A stretch of 64,000 bases of DNA from an uncultured Rhodobacteraceae bacterium (lineage in GTDB: Bacteria; Pseudomonadota; Alphaproteobacteria; Rhodobacterales; Rhodobacteraceae). Where the stretch lies: contig CBFIHZ010000002.1 in NCBI GenBank assembly GCA_965662545.1, positions 113,047 to 177,046 on the forward strand, read 5' to 3'. A program made the position numbers and the translations under genes. Below, piece after piece: positions 18,179 through 25,982 of this stretch. Below the pieces are notes generated by a model, which was given only the letters and a program-made list of their open reading frames with translations, had not been told where the DNA came from and made no database searches. Numbering within the stretch: position 1 is the first letter of the stretch; every line of letters starts with the position of its first letter.

Positions 18179-19471
18179 TCAATACGCTTTTAAAGCGGTT
18201 GCGAGTTCGGGATGATTTAGTGCATGTTTGGAAATCTTGATGCCTTGCATGGCGGCGTTCCATGCCTCTTTCATGGCAATGACGCCTGCCTCAACACCGT
18301 TTGGATGCGCAACAATTCCGCCGCCGGCTGTGATAATTAAATCGGGCGATCCGACGGCTGCCAATGTTGCAGCGGCTTGGTGAATTGTCTGGCCAGAGGA
18401 AAACACCGGAACTGCCCGCATCGGAGCCTGTTCAAACAATGGGTCTGCCAACGACCTTGCCGAGGTAACAACACTTTCGTTGCTCTCACAAAACTTATTA
18501 TCAAGACCATTTACGTGCATGTGATCGGCCCCGACCAATCTCCAGAGTTTTGACCAAGCAGGAAACGACCATCCTAAGAGGGGTTCGCGGGTCAAAGCAC
18601 CCCAGCCGGCCCTGTGCGCATGGATTGGCAATTCCGAGTGACGTGCCAGTTCAATCATCCCGGACATCCCAACTGAATTTACACTTGCCATCACGCACGT
18701 ACCCCCTTGGTCTTTCACAAAATCATGCCTGTGACGCATTTCGTCTATTTCGCCGGTGAGGTTGAACGCCACCATTACCTTATGGCTGGTTTTATCAGCG
18801 GCGGTCTCCACGGCTTGCATGACAGCTTTTACCCGATCCTCGAAACGGCACGCGGGCCCATCTGCCTGAAGTTCGTCATCCTTGATAAAATCAATGCCGC
18901 CGGCACAAAGTTCTGCGACCAAGGCCCCGGTTGCCTCGGCCGAAAGGCCTACGCTTGGTTTAATGATGGTTCCTATCAGAGGCCGTCCCTGCACGCCGGA
19001 TAGACTTCTCGTTCCTTTTATACCGAATTTCGGTCCTGGGTACTGCTGGGAAAATTCTATCGGTAATCTTACATCCAAAAGACGAATTCCAGACAGAGAC
19101 TGTAGTTCGAATAGATTTCCAGCAATAGTCGACATTAGATTTGGCAGAGAAGGCCCTATATTATCCAGCGGCCAGGTTAAGGTCACTTTGGCCCTGCGCC
19201 AGCTCTGCCCCTTGGCTGGACGCGTTGCACCTAACAAAGAGGCCGCATTGACAGTTTCCAGTTCCTCAATTTTTTCAATCCGAGCAGCGGCGCGCTCTTT
19301 AAGTTGTGGTGTTTCTCTTGGTACAGCGCGAAAGGTTCCCGAGGATTGTTCACCCGCTATTATTTCGGCAGCAACCCTTGGATCGATAGATGTTTCAATC
19401 AGATAATCAGCTTCTATTCGCCTGGGGTCTAATACGGTAGACGTCATGTTATCGGGCCTATGATCGTTCAT
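18179..19471 (-). CDS. RuBisCO large-subunit-like protein (RLP, form IV)
   Basis: GRPLIGTIIKPSVGLS, GGIDFIKDDE, PIHAHRAG and ITAGGGIVAHPNG align with the RuBisCO large-subunit active-site strings (TIKPKLGLS, FTKDDEN, HIHRAMH, GGGTLGHPWG). No small-subunit or cbb genes nearby. Confidence 0.9.
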   Translation of the reverse strand: MNDHRPDNMTSTVLDPRRIEADYLIETSIDPRVAAEIIAGEQSSGTFRAVPRETPQLKERAAARIEKIEELETVNAASLLGATRPAKGQSWRRAKVTLTWPLDNIGPSLPNLMSTIAGNLFELQSLSGIRLLDVRLPIEFSQQYPGPKFGIKGTRSLSGVQGRPLIGTIIKPSVGLSAEATGALVAELCAGGIDFIKDDELQADGPACRFEDRVKAVMQAVETAADKTSHKVMVAFNLTGEIDEMRHRHDFVKDQGGTCVMASVNSVGMSGMIELARHSELPIHAHRAGWGALTREPLLGWSFPAWSKLWRLVGADHMHVNGLDNKFCESNESVVTSARSLADPLFEQAPMRAVPVFSSGQTIHQAAATLAAVGSPDLIITAGGGIVAHPNGVEAGVIAMKEAWNAAMQGIKISKHALNHPELATALKAY

Positions 19472-19497
19472 AAAGAGACAGCGCGGAGATACGGGAC

Positions 19498-19526
19498 GCT
19501 TGAAACGGCAGATATTTATTTCAAGC
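19498..19526. promoter_or_regulatory. Inverted repeat GCTTGAAA-N13-TTTCAAGC upstream of the RLP operon; candidate operator
   Basis: Read directly. Lies 27-55 nt upstream of the RLP start codon, in an otherwise regulator-less cluster. Confidence 0.3.
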
Positions 19527-19877
19527 TGTTCAATGGGTCTGTCTTCAATGTTAGCTCATGTTCCATTTTCGGTCTATTATGATTTTAAATACCCAAGACA
19601 AAATCCCGCAATAAAAATGCTGCGGTTTGCACTCACGTGTTGGAAATGGGTAAAAAAGCGCGCATTTTATGATATCATAGTTATCTTGTGGGCGGGTGTC
19701 TCTTCACCCTAGTAATGGAGTATGTTTGCGCCAAAAAACTTTGGATGGACTGGTGGAAAACAATCAATCTCAACGGACTTTTTCTGCCTTAATGTCGGGC
19801 CAAGCCAAAGCGAAATGGGATAACAGCTGCAAGAAACTGCTGCGTCTATCCATTCGAACTCGTTAACGCTTCATGGC

Positions 19878-20819
19878 TCAGCCACTTGCGGGTAAAGTCT
19901 CAATCTCAACCGCTTCGTTCAAGAACAACGTCTTGGCACAGGCCGCATCCAGTTCGATGGTTGTCTTTACGTTTTGGGATTCTAAATTGGCCTCGGTGCC
20001 GACCAGTGAGAATATACCCGGGCAAGTCTGCCCATTAATACGGACCACATTCACTGGGTTGCCAACCACAACGCCTCCGGACGCGGTATCAACAAGCTGA
20101 TCCACAAACACGAATGTTTCAACACTTTTTTCATCGGGGGCATAAATCTGCGCGGCCAATGAGCCTGCCGAAACACAATCTCCAATATTGGGCTCAAAAT
20201 TTAATAATACGCCATCAAAAGGGGCGCGCACGGTCAACGCCTCAAGATCCAATTGACGGGCTTGCACCTCCAACTGGCCAATTTCTAGTGCAATATCGGC
20301 GCGGGACCTCGCTGAGATGGCGCGTTCCAGTGCCTCCTCGGTCCGGTCGACGGTAAAGGTTGCGTCGAGCTTGCGGCGTTCCGCCGTTTCCAATGCTGTC
20401 TCATTTACCAAACCGCGCTGGAACAACACGCGGGTGCGTTCAAATTCGCGGTCGACAAAATCCTGTTCTTCTTTCACGCGGGAGACGTTGGCATTGGCCA
20501 CAGTAATTGCAAACTCGCTTTCCTCGGCTGCGGCCTGCAGATCGTTGACCCGAGCACTGGCGGATTTGACGGCAAGCGTTGCAGCCCGATCATCGAGTTC
20601 AACCAGCATTTGGCCCGCCGTGGCTTTGCCCATTTTTACAGCCGCATGAGACAGCCCGGTGATGCATCCCCCGGCTTCATAAGACAATCCGGTTTTATTG
20701 TCGGCAACAACCGTACCAGCTAGATTAATGGTTTGGAAAACGTCCTGTGAAAAGGCTGGCATGGCCAAAGTGGCGAGGGCCAGTCCGAGTTTAATGGGAA
20801 CCAAAGGGTTGTGCATCAT
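19878..20819 (-). CDS. HlyD/membrane-fusion-family periplasmic adaptor, orphan (no pump gene adjacent)
   Basis: Signal peptide MMHNPLVPIKLGLALATLAMPAFSQ. Central coiled-coil region rich in A/E/R. Flanking beta-rich segments (LTVRAPFDGVLLNF) typical of adaptor subunits. Confidence 0.7.
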   Translation of the reverse strand: MMHNPLVPIKLGLALATLAMPAFSQDVFQTINLAGTVVADNKTGLSYEAGGCITGLSHAAVKMGKATAGQMLVELDDRAATLAVKSASARVNDLQAAAEESEFAITVANANVSRVKEEQDFVDREFERTRVLFQRGLVNETALETAERRKLDATFTVDRTEEALERAISARSRADIALEIGQLEVQARQLDLEALTVRAPFDGVLLNFEPNIGDCVSAGSLAAQIYAPDEKSVETFVFVDQLVDTASGGVVVGNPVNVVRINGQTCPGIFSLVGTEANLESQNVKTTIELDAACAKTLFLNEAVEIETLPASG

Positions 20820-21385
20820 AAGCCTCCAAACAGTTTTGTCGATGGTGGCAAGTTTAAAGAGGGAGTCAAGGGGGGAATGGAATTGAGCCGGGCCCCTTAA
20901 GCCTTATCAGTCTTGAAAATGGCAGATACTTTCATGGGTAAAGGTTACGAAGGTGCAATCGAAGAACGGCATATAGTTTTTTAATCTTCAATCTCGGTTG
21001 GACGCTTAATCAAAAGCGAACAGCAGGCGCGATCTATACTGATAGATTGAAAACCTGTTTAATCTGCAAATATTAAGTCACCCGCCGACCCCGTCTGTGT
21101 GATCTGCAACCTGCTTACGCTGCGCAACCCAAGCAACACTTTGTGCAGGTCTTGCACTCACATCCCACCCTACAAGCGGCGGCTCTTTTGGGGGTGGCAG
21201 CAACGATTGGATTAAAATGTCTACCTGGTGAAGGATTTCCTCATGAAAATTAAAAAGGGCGCATAATTGTAGCAACGGGTAAAATTTAAAACCCGCGCTT
21301 GTCGCAGTTCGGGCATCCCGTGCGTTTTGCGGTTTGGTAATACCAAAGGATAACTTGTCCAGACGCGGCCTTTGCGCGTTAACCT

Positions 21386-21850
21386 TTACTGCGCGGCGTT
21401 CAAAGCCCAGTAAGCTTCGGTGCCGTATAGGTTATCATTGTCTTGCGCCAGATCCCACGGCGTCTTCCCATCATAATTTTTGGCCCGTGCATTCGCACCA
21501 GTTTTTAATAAAAAAGCGACATTCTCTGGGCTGCCCGCCCAAGCGGCCACGTGAAGAGCGGTATCGCCGCGTATATCTCGAGCGGATATATCTGCGCCCG
21601 CCTCAAGCAGAACCTGAATAGTATCAGGAGCGCCGATCCAACCCGCCCAATGCAGGGGCCGGTAGCCTGATTTATTGTGGCCATTCACATCAAATCCAGT
21701 GTCCAACAAATCCCGCACGTCCGAGACATCTGCCCACTTCCACCAGAAAATATCGCAAAGATCGCCACATTCAGCCCACGCCGCTTGCCCCAAAAGGCTC
21801 GCGATTGCGAAGGTGGCCGAGAAGACATGTTTTTTCATGCGATTATACAT
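21386..21850 (-). CDS. Secreted ankyrin-repeat protein (about 150 aa)
   Basis: Sec signal MKKHVFSATFAIASLLGQAAWA. Three ANK repeats (SGYRPLHWAGWIGAPDTIQVLLEAGADI, RGDTALHVAAWAGSPENVAFLLKTGANA, DGKTPWDLA). The start (21850 or 21838) overlaps or abuts the cupin stop. Confidence 0.85.
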   Translation of the reverse strand: MYNRMKKHVFSATFAIASLLGQAAWAECGDLCDIFWWKWADVSDVRDLLDTGFDVNGHNKSGYRPLHWAGWIGAPDTIQVLLEAGADISARDIRGDTALHVAAWAGSPENVAFLLKTGANARAKNYDGKTPWDLAQDNDNLYGTEAYWALNAAQ

Positions 21851-22247
21851 CCGAATATATATACTCTACGTCTTTCCAGCAGTCCGTCGGAAAGATCCAA
21901 ATCACCTCTAGTGGCGTGTCACCGGTATTCCTCAAACCGTGTTTTTCATTGTTTGGAATATAAACACAGTCACTTTCCGAAACCGACCTGCTTTTGCCGT
22001 TTGGCATCAGCAACCGACCAGAGCCGCTTTTGATTAGGTAAACTTCTTGAGGCGCATGGGTATGAAGGGGAAGCTCGTCTTCAACCGGAATAATCAAGCA
22101 CCCAACAGAAATTCCATGGCTGCTATTTTTAGTGGAATCGACCAAGTAACACCAGCGCAGGTCTGGGTTTGCTCCGCGGGCGACCCTTTCTTTTGTGTGC
22201 TGGTTCCATTCGGCCTGCTCTATTTTGTTTACAAAAATTTTTTCCAA
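21843..22247 (-). CDS. Small cupin (134 aa) with a DddK-like DMSP-lyase residue pattern
   Basis: LHTHAPQEVYLIKSGSG gives H62, H64, E68, Y70. YIPNNEKHGLRN gives H103. C-terminal WIFPTD...VEY gives Y129. Single cupin barrel, no extra domains. Confidence 0.5.
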   Translation of the reverse strand: MEKIFVNKIEQAEWNQHTKERVARGANPDLRWCYLVDSTKNSSHGISVGCLIIPVEDELPLHTHAPQEVYLIKSGSGRLLMPNGKSRSVSESDCVYIPNNEKHGLRNTGDTPLEVIWIFPTDCWKDVEYIYSDV

Positions 22248-22416
22248 TCACCCCCCCCTGTGCTGTCTGGCTTCGCTGCCAAGCTTAGGCCCGATGAGAT
22301 TGATCCCATGCTCAAGGTATGCGCTAATCACACCCCAAGTCACAACCTCTAGCCCCTCAAACCATTACGATGTTGACACTTAAGGGTTGTTTGTGTGCAG
22401 AGTTTTTGTCAACAGT

Positions 22417-23235
22417 TTAATCCTTAACCGCTCCCATTGTTAAAGCACGGACCAATTGACGCTGGCAGATTAAGATTAAAATAAATGCAGGTAAAAGGGC
22501 CGAGGTTCCTAAAGCTGATGCGTAGCCATAGGTCCAAGAACTAAATGTTGTGATTTTGACCGGGACTGTCTGAATGGTATTTGTAAGAAATACGGCAAGA
22601 ATAAACTCCGTCCAAGAAAATACAAAACAAAGAATAGCCGTAGCCGCAATGCCACCCCACATCATCGGTAAATGTATTTTCCAAAAGCACTGTTGTCGGG
22701 TTGCACCATCGATCATGGCGGCGTCGTCAATTGCGAACGGAATATCGTCCATGAATGATTTTAACAGTAATAGGGCAAGCGGCAGGTTGATTAACGTGTG
22801 GGCAAAAATGAGACCGAGGTGCGTATCGTGCAATCGTAAGTCACGAAAAACAAAAACCAAGGGAATAATAATTGCGATTGGCGGCAGGATTCTTTGAAGC
22901 AGTATGATATTCAAATATGGTTTGTCGCGAAGAGACCGCATGCGTGAAAGCGCAAAGGCCGCCATAAGGGCTATTATTGTGGTTAAAACAGTGGAACCCC
23001 CGGCAATAATCGTGGATGAAATTATTGAACTGCGTCCCTCCATTGTGGTGTTCCAGTCCGATCCCAAGACCATGTAATAGTTCGCTAATGTCGGTTCAAA
23101 ATCGAAAAAAACCGCTCTATCGCGGTCAAATATGGCAGAGGCTGGTTTGATTGAAGTCAACGCCCACCAACCAATTGGGAACAGAAAAAGCCCCACTATC
23201 GCGATGGAAAAACAATACCGAAGCTTTGCAAGCAT
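22417..23235 (-). CDS. Carbohydrate-type ABC transporter permease (MalG/UgpE-like), orphan
   Basis: Six hydrophobic segments. EAA-loop-like DDAAMIDGATRQQCFWKIHLP. Probable start at the internal ATG 23235 (MLAKLRYCFSIAIVGLFLFPIGWW). No binding protein, second permease or ATPase gene nearby. Confidence 0.75.
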   Translation of the reverse strand: MLAKLRYCFSIAIVGLFLFPIGWWALTSIKPASAIFDRDRAVFFDFEPTLANYYMVLGSDWNTTMEGRSSIISSTIIAGGSTVLTTIIALMAAFALSRMRSLRDKPYLNIILLQRILPPIAIIIPLVFVFRDLRLHDTHLGLIFAHTLINLPLALLLLKSFMDDIPFAIDDAAMIDGATRQQCFWKIHLPMMWGGIAATAILCFVFSWTEFILAVFLTNTIQTVPVKITTFSSWTYGYASALGTSALLPAFILILICQRQLVRALTMGAVKD

Positions 23236-23399
23236 TGTTTTTTTCAAAATGCAGCTCCTTAACCCGTTGACGACATAGAACAGTGCATCATCGTTTTTCA
23301 ATATTCCCTCTGCAAATACTCTATAATTTAGTGTAAACAGCAGAGCCAGTATTTAGAGATTACCCCAAGAGCAATGCTTTAACCCTCGCTCGGAGAAGG

Positions 23400-23594
23400 T
23401 CACATCCGGGTGATGAATTCGGTGACACCAACAAAAAGCACGAACAACCCTATTAATCCGCTCAAAGCCAACAGCAGGGGTGTCATGTCGGCAGCGTTAC
23501 TCTCTGCGGTTTCTTTTTGAGACATTGCGCGCCGGACCAAAAGCACAGCTATGATAACAACAAGTAAAATGGGAAGAAATCTCAATATCAGCAC
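23400..23594 (-). CDS. Possible two-TM mini-protein
   Basis: GTG at 23594 lies 10 nt after GGAG. Two hydrophobic stretches (FLPILLVVIIAVLLV, LLLALSGLIGLFVLFVGV). Weak support only. Confidence 0.25.
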   Translation of the reverse strand: MLILRFLPILLVVIIAVLLVRRAMSQKETAESNAADMTPLLLALSGLIGLFVLFVGVTEFITRM

Positions 23595-23807
23595 CGAATG
23601 ACAGCTCCTATTTTTCTCAGTGTACCATATCAAATAGGGCAAATGTGGGAAGAGCGGAATTGAAAATAATTGTCGGAGTACGTTCGGACCCCTCGCAACC
23701 AACAGGCCACATAAATTCTTATTGTGCCCCCGGTCACCTCAGTTACCTTTGCTGACATTGTCCCGGTGTCTATTAATATGAAAATAAATTAGAAGGAGGG
23801 CCACCCG

Positions 23808-24212
23808 ATGATCGATGGACTGAGCCATATAACGTTTATCGTAAGCGATCTCGACAAAATGGAAGTTATCTTGATGAAGGTTCTTGATGCGAAAAAAATC
23901 TATGACAGCGGTGATAGAACCTATTCACTGTCAAAGGAGCGTTTTTTTAATATCGGTGGTATCTGGGTGGCGACGATGGAGGGTGAGCCGCTACGCGACA
24001 AAACTTATAACCATGTGGCCTTCAAAATGGCCGTTGAGGACTATGACAAAAAATTGCAGCGCATTCAGGCCCTTGGTTTAGAGGTCAGGGAAGGCAGGTC
24101 TCGCGTCGACGGTGAGGGGCGCTCGATCTACTTCTACGATTTTGACAACCATATGTTCGAACTGCACAGCGGGACTTTGCAAGACCGCTTGCGTTGTTAT
24201 GATAAAGCCTGA
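23808..24212 (+). CDS. FosX-like VOC-superfamily protein (fosfomycin-type epoxide hydrolase family)
   Basis: MIDGLSHITFIV, FFNIGGIWVA, YNHVAFK and EGRSIYFYDFDNHMFELHSGTL match, from memory, the rhizobial FosX pattern. GGAGGG lies upstream of the ATG. Confidence 0.7.
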   Translation: MIDGLSHITFIVSDLDKMEVILMKVLDAKKIYDSGDRTYSLSKERFFNIGGIWVATMEGEPLRDKTYNHVAFKMAVEDYDKKLQRIQALGLEVREGRSRVDGEGRSIYFYDFDNHMFELHSGTLQDRLRCYDKA

Positions 24213-24366
24213 GAACAACCAGTCGCGGCAGCTCTGCCAAATAAGTAACTTGGCCTCAAAAGCGGTCATCTAACCTTTTATTCTTAATCCATAGTTCCTG
24301 ATTAAATATTATTTATCAAAGCGAACATTGCTCGAAACAGACTGAACCTAAACCCTGATAGAACTA

Positions 24367-25227
24367 TTATTTTGCGTACCGCAGCAACGTAGCGCCGAGC
24401 AAGGTAGTCATCGTCGCAAATACTTTTAAAAGGCTGAGCCGTTCCTTCAGGAAGAACACGCCGATGAGCAAAGCGAAAACGATGCTTGTCTCACGCAGCG
24501 CAGTGACAAGCGCAATCGGAGCCTGTGTAAACGCCCAAGTTACCAACGCGTAGGCGACAAAAGATGCTGTACCACCAATTGCCATTACACGTACTCCACG
24601 ACGCGGGATAGACCAGAGCGTTTTTGGGGATTTCCATAGAAGGTACAGCGCCATAAGTGTGCCATTTCCAATTGCAAGCCAGCAATAAAACCCAAGCGAT
24701 GTTCCAGCGATGCGCGCACCAAGACCGTCAACCAAAGAGTAGGACGCAATAAATAGGCCGGTAATAACAGCCAGAAACGCCGCCTTGCGGTTTGCAAGTC
24801 CGTCTGACCGCCGAACAAGAGTGAGGCTGATTATTCCAACGCCAATAATCATAATAGCAAGCAGTTCTATGCCCGAGAGTTGTGTGCCAAGGATCGTTAT
24901 TGAGCCCAAGGCAACGATCAAGGGAGCAGAGCCGCGCGCAATCGGATAAACCTGTGTTAAATCGCCTGTTTCATAGGATTTAAGTAGGAAAATTTGATAC
25001 CCAAGATGCAGTGCAATACCACTGAACAAATAAGGCAGACTTGCAGCCTCAGGTATGGGCACAACCGGCAAGGTGATGGCCGCGATGGGAACATGCCCAA
25101 TCACCACAGCGCCCATACTAAGTGCCTTGTCGGTGCTTCCTTTGACCAGAGCGTTCCATGCAGCGTGAAGAACGGCGGCGCCCATGACTGCAACAAACAC
25201 GAGACCGGTCAAAATTTTACCCTTCAA
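24367..25227 (-). CDS. EamA/DMT-family transporter
   Basis: 286 aa, about 10 hydrophobic segments in two halves. Typical C-terminal half with ALRETSIVFALLIGVFFLKE. Confidence 0.75.
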   Translation of the reverse strand: MKGKILTGLVFVAVMGAAVLHAAWNALVKGSTDKALSMGAVVIGHVPIAAITLPVVPIPEAASLPYLFSGIALHLGYQIFLLKSYETGDLTQVYPIARGSAPLIVALGSITILGTQLSGIELLAIMIIGVGIISLTLVRRSDGLANRKAAFLAVITGLFIASYSLVDGLGARIAGTSLGFYCWLAIGNGTLMALYLLWKSPKTLWSIPRRGVRVMAIGGTASFVAYALVTWAFTQAPIALVTALRETSIVFALLIGVFFLKERLSLLKVFATMTTLLGATLLRYAK

Positions 25228-25608
25228 TAGATCATTGTCGAGGTCGACATTAGACAGATTGCAGCGTGCTGCAAAGTGGCCTCTGACCCGACATTGAATT
25301 GTTTTTCAAGTGAGGTTTATGGAAAGGCTTTCGATGGGCACTTGAGTGCTGTTTTTGATTTTCACCCTGTCGCGCATACCGACCCTGTTGCGCACACGAA
25401 TGTTGGATATGGGGCAAAGACAGCTTGGGATATCACCCAAAGATACTTAAAGGTAAGCCATTAAAAGCATTGTTTGACGCCGTACAACTGAGGCCGGCGA
25501 TGTCTTGCAGTGACCTGACCGAAGAGCAACTGTTTGGAAAAGTTTGCCAGTTGCTTTTCGGTTTTTCCCTTCTAGATGCGCCGCAGACTATCGCAGCTTG
25601 AGATTAAA

Positions 25609-25971
25609 TTAGCCGTTTGCCTCACGAATTTTATCGGCTGCATCTTTGTCGAAGGTAATAGCATTGTCACCCAATAAAGTGTCCAACTCGCCCGACAGCG
25701 TCATCTCAGTTATGATATCACAGCCCCCGACAAACTCGCCTTTTACATACAGCTGTGGCACCGTCGGCCAATCGGAATAATCTTTGATGCCTTGGCGGAT
25801 TTGATCATCGGCCAGAACGTTTACGTCTTGATAGTCGATGGCCATATAATTCAGCACCCCGGCCACGCGCGAAGAAAATCCGCATTGCGGCATGGCTTTC
25901 GTGCCCTTCATGAACAAAACCACATCATGATTTTTTACGGTCTGTTCGATTTCGGTCTTTGCATCTGTCAT
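25609..25971 (-). CDS. grxD: Monothiol (Grx4-type) glutaredoxin
   Basis: CGFS active site (MPQCGFS), WPTVPQLYVKGEFVGGCDI. Confidence 0.92.
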   Translation of the reverse strand: MTDAKTEIEQTVKNHDVVLFMKGTKAMPQCGFSSRVAGVLNYMAIDYQDVNVLADDQIRQGIKDYSDWPTVPQLYVKGEFVGGCDIITEMTLSGELDTLLGDNAITFDKDAADKIREANG

Positions 25972-25982
25972 GGGATTTTCCT

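Noticed and set aside
16818-18263. 85-nt overlap between the kinase ORF (as listed) and the RLP gene
   Set aside because: It is an artefact of taking the longest ORF. The internal ATG at 18173 restores the family-typical N-terminus (MMTPWLTFYGDDFTGS) and leaves a 5-nt intergenic gap.
21078-21275. 65-aa minus-strand ORF in the spacer between the HlyD-like and ankyrin genes (similar case at 7791-8033)
   Set aside because: It has no RBS and no motif, and its Pro/Gln-rich composition looks random. These are more likely chance ORFs in decayed intergenic DNA.
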